Positions 1-12,879 of a stretch of 64,000 bases of DNA are shown here, one piece after another. Both the position numbers and the translations under genes were made by a program. Position 1 is the first letter of the stretch. Each line of letters begins with the position of its first letter. The notes beneath the pieces were generated by a model, which worked only from the letters and a program-made list of their open reading frames with translations, did no database searches and had not been told where the DNA came from. Origin of the DNA: Orbicella franksi (taxonomy: Eukaryota); contig OZ116705.1 in assembly GCA_964199315.1 (NCBI GenBank), positions 3,658,001-3,722,000 on the forward strand, in the 5' to 3' direction.

Positions 1-3000
1 ACGTCTTCGAGCCACACACTGGTAGCATCGTGCATTAGACTTGACCTGTAGTGTTCAGCTGTTACTAATACCGTCGGTGACCTGGAAAACTTTCCCTAAG
101 AAAAAGAAAAGAAAACAAAGTAGGTTGACTAGTCATAGAAACATTGGCTTCTTGGACTAGGAGATCACTTCAGAGTTGGAAACGCTGCGTTTGAATGTTT
201 TCAATATATTTCAGAAAGCTAACAACCAAAACAGGTCAGTTACCTTAGAAAAGGCGACCGTTTGACAACTAGTTCCAGTCCACCATCTAGAGAACGTTTC
301 CTCCCCTGATATTCCTCCAGGGGGTGCACCTTGGTAGGCGACCCAGTCAATTGTGGCAAAGCTATCTGAGGGGTAGTCATTCCTGCCAGCTCGAGTAACA
401 CAGGCTGTAAACTGAGTGCTGTTAACACTTTCAACCCAAGGTGTGGCGGCCTCGTGCACCACGCTCGCATCAGAGTAATTAAAATGATTCACAGAGAGCT
501 GCACGTATATCTTCTTCAGAGGATAAAATATAAAAGGATCAAATTTGATAACTTCGCACTGATCTTCTGCCCAAGAGGGAGTGTTTTTGAAATTGTGTCT
601 TCCTCTCTGAACTGGAAAACCTACCAGGGAACAGAACGGAATAGCAAAAAAATACTGCATATGCTTCCACATGTACATTCAATTTATAATTCGAGTCTCC
701 CTGTTAACCATGCAGTCAGTTCTTCTGTCTATCCATTCTTCCCGCTGTAGATTGCACTTAATTTGTGTAAACAATAGTTCAAGTAAACAATAGAGTTAAA
801 CACTTCTTCTACTAAAATTATAGTTGCACTATTCCATGAACTAAACAAGCTTCCAAACACATAACAAGAAAACAAAATAGTTTCCATTACCTGTGCAGCT
901 TCCAGGATGGTACTTGGTGTAATTTGCACGTCGTGTACATATGTCTTTTTGCAGCAAACACAGGTTATCAAAAGTGAGGCCGTTAGAGCCGCATACTTGC
1001 TCTTCGTATGACGGGCAATTTTCTTCACAAATGCAGTCATGCTTGGTAGGAGTATAGGCTTTGCAGAAACTGTGGTATGTGCAGATAATATCCCTACATG
1101 GATCAAGGTCTGAAAATACAGAAGAAATAAAATAATTAGCTCAAGGGATTACGGTTCTTTCATAGACTAGGAAAGGATTGACGACATGAATGAGTACAAC
1201 GATGAATGGATGCACAATTTGTTTTTCCTTTTGGTTGCTGTTGTTGGTGCCTTAAAAAAAAAAAAAAAAAAAAAAATTATATAGAGCTATATATTGGATC
1301 AAAACAGAACAGAACTGTGTCTTTGTTCCTGTCGCCAGGTGGGAGGTGCTAAACTGATCAATGCTGACTTGTAGAAACATCTAATATAATGATGTAAAAG
1401 AATGCTGAATAGATTAACCTCGGGATGGACAAAAATAGTGTTAGGTTTTCTGAAAGAACAAGAAACAAAAACAAAACAAAACAAAAAAGGTTTTCTGACG
1501 TATGCGGAGAGATTACAGATTGTGGTAATATGACAACAGTGCTATGTATTCAGTGGCGGATCTAAGGGAAGGGCCCGGGTGCCCCTCTCCCCTTAACTTG
1601 GGTAGAAAAGAAGAAATCACAGAAGGAAGAAAAGCCGGCATGAGAAGCAAAATACCCCCCCCCCCCCCCTGCCCCTTAGTTCAAGGTCTGGATCCACCAC
1701 TGGTATTATTTAAGTTTCTACACATCAACATCCGTTGGTATGGGGCGAGGGTGGTTCAGATATAATAACACGGGGTGAGGGTGGTTCAGATAATAACACT
1801 TTTTACTCCAAGAAGGAAAATGCACGTTTCCATAGTTACCTCCGATTACCAGAAAGTTGACGATAACATCCGTTCTCTGGCCATTGTGCCCCGCGCTGTC
1901 CTTGATGCAAACTCGGCTGTGGGTTTTGTTCACTACCTGCGAAGGAACAAAGAAATTTTTAAAAGATACAGCAGAGACGCCAGAATGATGTTTGGACAAA
2001 TATGAATATGCGTGGGGGAAAATGAGATTTCATATTCCATCAGTATTTAGGAACAAACCATGCAACTATCTACAATATTGTATAAAAGTTGAAACTTCAA
2101 TGAGGTGTTAATCTAGTTGTCCGTGACATGCGTTAAAATGGTTTTCTACTGTTTCTTTTAAGTGTATGAAGAAACTGTACCTCCAGCCAATTTGCTAGAG
2201 GACCTTTGTGAGAGCAAGCTATGTTGGCACTGTTACTGTCTCCATTGAGGACTGTTGCAAGTACTACGGGCGGCTTAAAAAATGGCTCTTTAAACTTGAT
2301 AGTCTACAAAAGAAGTTGAAATTTACGATTAAGATGTGTTCTGATTCTGCCTGATGTATACCCAGATGTCTCAGAATGTAAATAAGGCTTGTTGTTGTAT
2401 TCATTATTAAAAGCATATGGAAATGAAATGGACAACTAATTACAAACATAAAGCGATTGTGCTCCGCCATTTGCAAAAGAAACTGGTGCCATAAATTCAC
2501 GTTGAGGCTTCTGAAACATTGAAGATCTTTCCAGTAGTAAAGGCTGTATATATTGTGATTACCTGGAACTATAATTTTATCTTCTTCTTAAACGATAATT
2601 ATTATCTGTAATGTTATCGACTTGTCGCCTTTTTATAGCTTTGTTAGTCCACTCTAATTTTCAACATGAACTCCAAAGCTACTGATATTAAACAAAATAC
2701 ACTTACCATACACAAAGCATAATTATTTTCTGCAGCTGGTACCTCGCTCTTGAGAAACACAAGCTTATGTGACTCTTTAGCTGCCCACGAGGATGAATAA
2801 TTCTCGTACGCCAACCAGTTCTAAGGATTAAATTAAGATAAAGACCGTACCTCAATAACGTCTCTGAAATTTCTCGCATATGATTAGTTGAAAAATCAAA
2901 TGAAATGGGTCTTAACGCGCAAGTTCCTATTCAATGAACATTAGTAATGAAATCATTTTCATGAATTAATCACTTACCACTACAATTTTGTTGTGCCCAC

Positions 3001-3964
3001 CATCTAATGCCCTTGACTCTCGCAAGCAAACCTCGAACTGGCTCATGGTAACATTTTCCATCCAAACATGCATGGCATCCTGTTTTTGTTTTTTGGTTCC
3101 ATGTTGGACAGTGACCTGAACTGTAGGAATCGTCGAAAAGGCCTAATGGGTGAAATGAAAAATTATGCATCTAAATACAATATGAAAACCAGTTAGCACT
3201 TGTTCTCCTGGAAACAGCTTGATAATCAACAAAATTTAAGTAGTAACCTTGCAGGGAATGGAAATGAATTGCCAGAAATATTTAACCGAACCGTTATTGG
3301 CGAAATTAACAATTGCATTCGTAACAAGGTGCTGTTAGGAAATTGCTCCCACTGTCCTAGTTTGGGATATTCGTGTCGAGCATATCTTCGATGCCTGAGA
3401 AAACTTGACAATATGATGTAAAAAATGATGAGTGGTCTCAATATCACAAATGCGTCGAAGTCCAATAAAAGCAAGAGAGCTAAGGTATTCTATTTTGCCC
3501 AAACCGATGCGGCCTTTACAATTTTGGCAACCCTTTAATTTTAGTTTGGATACATGCAGTCAGACGAAAACAACTCTTTTTCTTTACGAAGCAGCCAAGT
3601 TTTTTTACTCTTACCTTGGGAAAAATCACTTTTTTGCATTGCGTTCCAGTCGTAAATAAGCTAAAACTAGCCGATCCATCGTAAACTCCTGATTGGGAAC
3701 CTTGGAAAGCAAACCAATCGATGCTGGTGTTACCTCCGTTACCTTGGCCACCGAGCACCAGACAGGCCTTGAAACCGCTTGTTGTCACGTCTTCCACCCA
3801 AATAAAAGACGTATCGTGGACTTTCGACGGAATTTCTCCGTGATTGGCTGAGATATACACTCGCACAGGTGATCCTTTGGTAAAACTCTTGCTGAAGGAC
3901 ACATCTTCGCAATAGAGGCCACTGTTTCCCTTCTGTGGAATATGAACTTTACCCCACTGGGCAC
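1..3964 (-). CDS. Paralog A of the mosaic H-type-lectin-like/Kazal gene (3' part lies outside the window)
   Basis: Exons reconstructed by hand with GT-AG ends and matching phases: 3964-3615, 3142-2978, 2820-2707, 2303-2181, 1936-1840, 1109-891 (follistatin/Kazal), 620-244, 95-<1. All are open and the same length as the matching exons of the copy at 33526-37556. Confidence 0.87.
1551..1702. mobile_element. 152-bp MITE in an intron of paralog A
   Basis: TIRs CAGTGGCGGATC / GATCCACCACTG; GTATT duplicated at 1546-1550 and 1703-1707; the paralogous site at 35091-35095 is empty with a single GTATT. Confidence 0.9.
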
Positions 3965-5159
3965 CTGAGAAACAGTTTTAAAAAACGGGATTTAATCAGT
4001 CAAACCAATGGGAAATCATTTATGAAATTAGACTGATCTTCATTGTGGCGATTAAAAGTTCAAGCTTCAAATTAAACTGCGTTTGATTTCGCAGAAAAAT
4101 TGCGCTACATTTACTTCGGGAGTGTCAAAATATGTCTTCCTCATAATCCGCTCAAAAACAATTGTGATCGAATGGTTAACATCTAAGCGGTCTAAGCCGT
4201 TCAGAACAGCAAGTAAAATAAAATTAATAAAACTTAGATCACCTGAATTTCACTCGGAACAAAGAAAAACATGGGATATCAAAGTCACAGCTTAAAATTC
4301 TTTTGATGGGGACAAAGGTTTGATTTGAGGAAAGCGTAAGCGAGTTTTATTTCTCTAAGCAAGAGCCATGCAGTATACTCGAAAGCATCTCACACAGTTT
4401 AACGTAGTTATGTGCAACAATTGCTTCAGGATGTACAATAACGGGCAAGTGAGCAAAGAAATGCGACTGATGTCACTTTCGCGCAAGGTCGTGCATCAAC
4501 TCATGATCTGTCTCATGCTTATTTTCCTTTTGTGCTGACAAGTGATTTAAATCTGGCATGTTACACAGTGCGACAGGGTAGATGACCTCAAATCAAAGTC
4601 ATTTCTTGTCTCGCGGAAATCGGAATGATCTCCACTGTGCTGAGTAAATTTACTTGTGAACTGGCTATCAAGATGGTTTAGGATCACCGAAGCTTTACGA
4701 AGTGTCTTGTTGTGAGTTGAAATCTTCAACTTCAAATTCAAAGGATATTCAGTCAAGGAAATGAGATTTCCTCTGTTGGCAAAATTTGTGACTAATCGTT
4801 AATCCTTTTTGCAACAAATGAATTCATTCACCAAATTACTTACTTCCACGGAAAGTAGTACAGAAAAATGAAAACTTTCTTGCAATTGGGTGGCTTAGAA
4901 AAGAGCTCCTCTTGACTAAACTAACTCATGATCCTGGGAACGCATGAGCTCAATCGCTTCTTAGCGCTTTTCTTTATGGCTTATCTTGCTCTCATTCACT
5001 GACAAAACAAATCGCCCCTCAATGTGTCGAGGGCAAAAATAGAGAGACTTTCTTGTTTTAAAATCAGTGAGGTCTCCAGTTTTCCCCAATTTTCATTCAA
5101 AATAAAAGGGACTCAGGGTTTGATTACTAAATCAAATATTCGCTTATCGTTGGATTCAC

Positions 5160-5208
5160 CATAAACTTCAGCGAATCGAAGGTACTTGAGGTTACTTAGC
5201 CATAACAT
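5160..5208 (-). CDS. Candidate first coding exon of paralog A (MLWLSNLKYLRFAEVYG)
   Basis: ATG at 5208 and phase-1 donor G|GTGAAT, matching the phase-1 acceptor at 3964; same position and length as 38785-38833. The hydrophobic core is weak for a signal peptide. Confidence 0.4.
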
Positions 5209-8200
5209 TGTTATAGTGAGAGTCCATAATTGTGCAAGATAAAGGATTTACGTTGGCAATAAGACCCTCGCGTTCATCCAACATTTTGAAAGAGTTAAGT
5301 GAATGGAATATAAGGTTTTATATGAAATGTATACGTGGTAGTCAAGATATTTCTGATAGAGGGCGCCCTAAAACCCCAAACTGATAAATTATTCAGAATC
5401 CTTCTTCACTCTACTTTGTATTCCAAACTTTTGACGCACGAACTTTTCGCGATCGAGCAATAGGTGTGGCTTTCAAATACCAATGCAATTGCAATTTGCA
5501 AGTCAGAAACTCTAAATAACTGAGTTAAAATTTAAAACATTAGTCCTCTTATTTGCCATAGAAATCAATAAAATAATATAAATAAGTTGTATTGTTATCA
5601 GTTCGGTAAAAATTCACTTAGTATCCGACGACTCTGGGGGTGTGTTCTGTCTCGGAAAAAAATGCCACAGTATTTTGTAGATTCTGCTGACAATCCCACG
5701 GAGGAAATGGAAAATTTATTTTGAAAATCTGCTGCCATACGAAATTCTTACACGGTTTGGTTACTTCCCGATTATTTTCAATAAATGTGTGATGAATTGA
5801 ATTGTATGATGAGTTCCGTTAAATTAATTAAACAGCAGTTTCCACCATTTCATGATCAAGGCATGTGCGCTGATAGTCTTTCTGAGCACCGCACTAACTA
5901 GACTTGTATTAAGCTTCAAGGCATCAGTATAGGTAATTCGGTTATGGAAATGTAATGTGGAATGCACGAATTTGAGCCAAGGGAGGATCTTCTGGAAGTT
6001 GTCAGAAGGTTCTCATTTGCTACTTCATAGCATTGCATTGTGTCCTAAGTCTAGGATCCTCTCAGCCGCCGGCATGAGTATGAGATAAAGTATGTATATT
6101 TCGTCTCTTTATGGTTAATAGCGAAGTCCCGCATTTCGGTGCAAAAGCTCACTCATAAAATAAATTGCATCTGAGTGTGACACGGACCAAAAATGAAAAG
6201 CGAGTCCTCCTTATTTTGAAATGTAGTCTGTAGCTTTCCCCAATTTCGTTCGAAACGAAAGCGGCTAAAGTTTTGATTACTAAATCAATTGTTTCAACAT
6301 AAACATCCGCGAAGCAAGAGTACTTGGCATTTGAGGCAAGGGAACTTGAAGTTTCCAACTGAAGAAGAAACAGACCAAAGTTTATTTTTTTTTAGGCTGT
6401 TTCATTTTGAGTTTCTTCAGTCAAGAATGTTGTTGTTGGACGAGGTGATAATATTGTGTCAGAGCGTGTTTTTGGAAATACAGCGTTTCAAGTGTTTCAG
6501 CGTAAGTCAGACGCACAAAGACAATGAACTATTGACAAAGTAAATAGTCACCGATAATCTTTAAATCAACTTTGACAGTAATAGTAATAAAAAAAGTAAT
6601 AATAATAAAAAAAGAAGGATAAAAATTGACGCATTTCGAATTTAGCATGAATATCAGATGAGGTTCTCTCGATTCGATTACTGAGATTCTTTTTTTGTCT
6701 GTTTGTTCAGTTTATTCGTTTGTGGCAAATAAACTGCTGTATATATTTTTTAATTTGGTTGTTAGAATGTGTTCCGTAAGGGAGGAGCGAGTTTTAAGCT
6801 GGAGGCGGATCTTCTGCAAATTCTCAGAAGTTTAAATCGTCTACTTTTTAGTGCCTGTTACTCTTAATTCCAGAGACAGGGTCAGCCTGGGTTTTAGATA
6901 TACTAGGTATACAGGGATGTGGGGGTTAATTCCAGTATACGGTATCTTTAACGCTGAAATATGTTTAGTTCGTTTTACATCTCTGTTAACGCTTGTAAAA
7001 AGTTTAGGTTTCTTTTCACCGAACGACTATTTAGCATATTTGGGAATAACTTCTTCGTATAGCGCACATTTTTTTTTCTAATTTATTCACTTTTTTGACG
7101 GGTAATTTAATTCAATGCATATCATACGGTTGACCTCTCCGCCTTCGCCAATTACTTCCCACAACACTGTTGGAATGTCTTCCAGCTTAAACTCATAATG
7201 TTCGCAAACACAAGCTGATTTCATCTTGTGTCAATGTTTCTGAGCTAATCAGAAGCCTTCTCGTCAAAGCTAGTCCAGCATAATGGCACGTCTCTTGTGG
7301 ATGCGTTACAAAATCAAGGAGACGCCTACTAACGTGATTTGTGAATTCTGCTCAGGTCAAATAAGTTAATTGTTCAAGATAAAACCTGTCTCAGAACAAA
7401 ATACTCAGCTCTGAATTCTTATACAACTTTGATGTAAGGCGACTAAAACAGCTTGCAAAAAGTCAAACGGTTAAAGTATTGTTTTCGATTGTGCCATTTC
7501 AAGTGATTTGCCTTGGCATGAAGAAAAAGGTTTTTCAGAGTCACTAAGTGGTTAACAGTTATTTTGGTTACCGGAAACAATTTTACTTTTTGCTAAAGAA
7601 AATAATGTATACCCTGGTACATGTAGAAGAAAATCATTGCACAAAAGAATTAAGATAAATAAATGCATCTAGATCAACAGAGCAGCTGTTGCCATAGTGC
7701 CACGAAATTCTTAAAAACAACGAACATTTATTTTATCGCTGTTTTACAGCCTTAGTAATGACAACATAGTTCAAATGATCCGTGGTTTCATTTTGTTTGA
7801 CAATGTCGCACAAGAAGACGAAACATGTTACCAAAGAATTCACGACAATTTGACAATCTAGTTCAACGTAGTTTTCCGTTGAAGAGTGGAAGCACAATCC
7901 AATGGAGGAGATGCAATTATGTTCAGTGAATAGATTCGCTTGAACAAAGAGAGGAAAATAGTTATGCAAAAACTCACTGGAATAGCTTTGAAAGGGCCTT
8001 CAGACGTCAGGGAAACATAAGTAGTGCACAGAAGAGTCCACGTAAGTTGTTCTCATTGAATGTGTTTTCCATATTCGGACTGTTATAAACGATCGTTACA
8101 TTCACGATGCAAACCCTTATATTTGCACAGTGTAACACAACTGAGTGTAATTCATTGACATGTTCACGGCTCCCAAAGGGATTGGCAGACCTCTGAAAAC

Positions 8201-8349
8201 ATCTACCAAATGAGGATCGCTAAACTAATCATTCTAACAGGTAACCTGTGAAAACTCATGTTCGATTTACAATCGTATAAATTCCATCATTAGTCATCCG
8301 ACAGACGAAACACGCCTCGCTGAACGGGGATCATTTTCATATGGATATT

Positions 8350-8780
8350 TGGTGAAAATTCAGCCGGGCTTAAACCTCAACCTCCCTCAGTTACAGGCGT
8401 CTTCCAGTGAAAACCAACTCACCCACGCTGAAACTCAGCTTCGCTTTTACAGTCGTCTAAATTTGGCTAAAGAAACTCGCCTACCCTGAAACCCCTGCCT
8501 CGCTTTCACAAGCTACTAAATTCCAGTGAAAACTGACTCACTCACGCTAAAACCACAGCCTCGCTTTTAGTAAAAACGGTGAAATTTTCCCTCCCTGAAA
8601 CCTCAACCTCGCTTTTACAAGCACCTATATCCATATCCCTGTGGAACGCCACCCATGCTATATAACCTCAGTTTCGCTTTTACAAGGGTCTAAATCCCGG
8701 TGAAAACTCAACCTCATGCTGAAAGCTCAGCCTTGCTTTTAGTTCAGGTGAAAAATCATCCACGATGAAAACTCAGTCTC
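8350..8780. repeat. Degenerate tandem array, unit about 55-60 bp
   Basis: Recurring GTGAAAAC...CACGCTGAAACCTCAGCCTCGCTTTTACAAG-like units, about 7 copies. Confidence 0.7.
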
Positions 8781-10235
8781 GACATACAGGAATTAAAGTT
8801 TATAGCCTTCGTGTTACCGCAGCCACACCCCAAGGAAAAATGGGAGGCTCATTGACGTCCCTTAAAAGACTCAACCTGGCGAGAGGTTCCCTAATTCCGT
8901 GGGATGCCTGTGGCAGGCCACGGTGAGGTTTGCCCAGCGTTCCTTTTCATCGTCGACGCAAATCGACAAAAATGACAATCAATCAATCAATCAATCAATT
9001 AATCAATAACCTTTATTTATGCTCGAAACGTCACTGCTGGAGCTATTTTGGAAGCGTGATGACCTAAGTTTGACAGGAGTAATATTACTGTAATTTTACT
9101 CGGATCACTCGCTTTCTAGATTCTAGATCGACCATAGCAACGTGTTCAGTAAAAGAACAGAAGGTGAGACATTTCAGAAGGTCGTTTTGTTGCATTAGCC
9201 TTAATTGTTCGTTGTTTCGACTTTGTGTATTGAATTGAACTGTGAAAATTGCATAGAGCTCGCTGATCATCGTTCGGTGTGTCGCATCGAACCATGCAAC
9301 GAGTCCACTTTCACTCGGTCTACGTGCCAAATGAACCAACGAGTTTAGCAATTTGAACCTGCGTGTCTAACGCTTAGTCCAAACAAAAAGTTTAAAGCAA
9401 CTTTGACACACGATATTCATTGAATCAGTGTATTCACAACTCAAGGCGTCCATAACGGAAACAACATCGAGACTAGCCATTTCAAAAATTGCCTCAAATA
9501 TTTGTTGGTTTGCAATTGAATATATTTTAAGCGTCGAGAGTTTTTACTCTATCGACACTTTCACAGTTCAATCCATGAGTCGACAATTATGCTATGTGTA
9601 TGTTTAAGACTTGGTGCATTCTTGCTGACATTGAGCTTTCCTGTTTACCAGAAGAGACATAGTGTAAATAGTGTTTGCGAGGAGGCTTATTCCAGTCCGC
9701 GATGCTTATTTTATTTTCAATGTTCCGCAGTTGATATTTATAGATACAAAGGGAAATATTTAATTTTTTAAAGGAAGAATTCCTCATACTCCTCATGGAA
9801 GCTTTAATCTTTAATAAACAAGCACATATTATCAGTTGGAATATACCACTTCGTACCAAAGAAACAAATAATGTCACCGCTAGAGGTGGACTGCCACAAC
9901 CGGGCACAAACTACCGAAGTCAGCATTTCATAACCTATTGCTTAACTTACCCAGGAAAGTGTTCTTGTCCAGTAGACTGTTTTCTTGAACTTAACTATGC
10001 AATCTTTAAAGATTTTGTGAGACATGTTAAACGAAGCGAATGTTTTTGAAATCCTACTTGAGGCATGTTTTGAGTTAGCAAATTTATATTCTTCAGAAAT
10101 TGATATGGCAGCCATTCGAGAACCAGTGTAATCTTATTTAAGGCAACATCGCAACTCATTTGCTACTATGTCTGATCATGCTGTCTTTAGTGAGATATTT
10201 ACCTTGAATACAGTTCTGCGTGATGGTGCAAGATT

Positions 10236-10490
10236 ACAATATTTAGAGAGGAAGCCACATCAGCCCTACCCGGTTTTCATGCGGGTCCTTTATCCTAGTC
10301 AAATTGGAATTTGGAGATGTTGGTTTTTGTAAAGGGTGGAAAACTGGAGAACCCGACGCGGAGAAAAACCCTCGGAGTAAGGAGAGAACCAAACAACAAA
10401 CTCAACCCACATATGGCCCGGGACGGAATCGAATTCGGGCCACATTGGTGAGAGGCGGTCGCTCCCACCACTGCTCCATCCCTGGCCCTG
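10236..10490 (-). mobile_element. tRNA-derived SINE
   Basis: Minus strand reads GGAGCAGTGG (A box) ... ATTCGATTCC (B box), followed by a body homologous to 43930-44180. Confidence 0.8.
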
Positions 10491-12879
10491 CTTCCCAAAA
10501 ACTATACGAAAAAAAAATATATATATATATTCTGTAGTATCTTCTCTCTTTCGGTTGTTTATTTACCTTTAGTAACATTTATACACTGCAGTTGTGTAAT
10601 TTAATTTTGACTCGGTTTATGTCTCTTTAATCTAAGGACGATAAATGTATTGTTACTCTCCTCACCAAATAACTTCTTTTTATGAAATTTGCTTAGAAGA
10701 TAATAACAGTGCCTATGATTTATTTTGCTATATTTTTAATCATTTTTTAAAATAAATTTGTTTTCTTTCTTTACCCTCACGACTAGATCAACACATCGCT
10801 GGAATAACTCCGGAGAAAAGAAGTGTTTCCATAGTGCAGTCCTTGCATTATCTCGCTTTTTTTTTTTTTTTTTTTCAGATTTGTTACTAAAATCGAAGAA
10901 AATTCTGTCTGACTAAACTAGTTTATTTTACATGTACATGTTCCTTATTCTAAGTCAGAATTCCTCTGTTACGGACAAGGACTGAGAGAGGTGAAAAGTA
11001 AATGGTGTACCAAAATGACAGCAAATTTGACTTAATTTCGATTTCGAAAATTAATTTTAAAATTGCATTTAGTGAGAATCAATTTTATTTTCGCAGAAGT
11101 CCTTTGGGCGATTGTAAATAAAACCAAATTGAGGTAGATCTGTCCTTGTAAAGTCTTGTGTACTTTTGGGAAGCACACCTGCTAAATGAGCTTCATATCA
11201 CTCCCCACTGTTTTCGGAAACGAGCGATGTAATAATCTGCGCCCTTTGTCGTGCATGTAACATGTTGAAGCTGGAGTCCTTTTAATTAACTCTTTGTTTT
11301 AATATCGTCGCAGAAAATGTCGGGCAAAGCTATTACTTCCATAAATACAATTTCTGTAATAAACAGTTAATAACTCATCAGTACCTCTCATCGCAGGAGA
11401 TTGCACTACGGATAATACCTAGTAATTAACACAAAGTTGATTTACTGTCAGAATTGAACACTTACTCAAGCTATTTGTTTACTGAAAGGCTTTAACAGTA
11501 AACGCTGTTAACAGAGTTTTTCGCGCCGACTATCGCTACAGACTTAGTCTGTATAGCCAGTCCACTTTAGGCAAGCGTGGGTACTTAAAAAGGCGGCCCT
11601 CAACTTGTCTATATAACATGACCTCTTTTGTTGCTAAAATTCTCGTTATTGACTTCTTCTCGCGTGGAAATAGTACAGGCGAGGGCTAATAACTCCAACT
11701 TATTTAACTTTCCCTAATCTCGTATAGCGAATATTTTCTTTGATAAAGGCAGGAACAACATCTTGTCTTTTTTTGCTTCTTTATTCTTCTGATATCCTGG
11801 AATCCGAACGAAACTGAACGTCCTCAAGGCATGTGAAAATTTACTTGGTTACCGCAACTTGTTACTTTTGAAGCATCGATACCATGCCGGAGATTACTAG
11901 CCCTCGCGCTATTAGTGGAATAGGTCACGTGACTTAAGAAGGAGTTTAATAACTTCTTAATCACAGATACCATCATAACAGACAGAGAGGGAACACAGAA
12001 ACTGTTAAAAAATTTCGATAGACAAACGTTTTTAAATGTGTTCCTCAACCTTCCCAGTTTACAAAATACATTTTGTGACGTTATAGAAAAGGCGATGTCG
12101 CGTGATACCAACAAACACTTTCGTTTGATGAACATAGTCAAATGTACATCATACTAGATCGTTCGAACGGTAGAGTTAGTTTTACTGATCACCCAACACT
12201 TTCCAAATTAATGGTTCCGAACAAGGAAGATTAAAATCGAGGATAGCAGTGATAACTGATACAGACTGCAAATTGTTTGCGCATTTCTTTCCAACTCGTC
12301 CTCAAGTAAAACGTTAAGGCAAAAGAGGCGCTACTTCTTTTCTTCAAGAGAAAAAAAGAAATTTATCTTACCTCCGACACCACTGAGCATCAGGCAACAA
12401 ACCAGCAGAAACACGTTATTCCTTGCAGAGAACATTTCGGCTTGATGTTCAGTTCTAAGTGATCACTATTCCTTGGAGTGAATAATCTAACGTGGAACGT
12501 TTAAACCTGATATATTTATAGTGGTAGAAATACGATAGCAGGATATCAAACACCCGCCGTCGAACACTGCGTGTGCTCGTACAAGGAAATCATATTGCTT
12601 AGTGTTTCAGCGATAAAAAAAAACAAACTAAATACATGTACCGGACTTTTTCGAGGTCAAAGAGCGACTCTGCAATAACAAACATAGCTAAAACGACAAA
12701 TTAATTGCGTACTAAGTAAACGTGAACAATCAACAATGCAGAAACCAGCCTTGCTTCGTTAGAAACAGCAATGTTTGAGATTTTACTTAATATGTTTTGA
12801 TATCGAGTGGAAAAAAAGACCGCTAGACTTTTGAACGCATCTAGTTACAAGTAGGGTTACGATAATAACCTGTTGTTTT

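Larger units (their letters stand above)
1..11010. repeat. Segmental duplication copy A (matches about 33599-44820)
   Basis: Base 1 onward matches 33599 onward (offset 33598). Similarity continues through introns and the upstream region, with indels. 10830-11010 matches 44660-44820. Confidence 0.9.
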
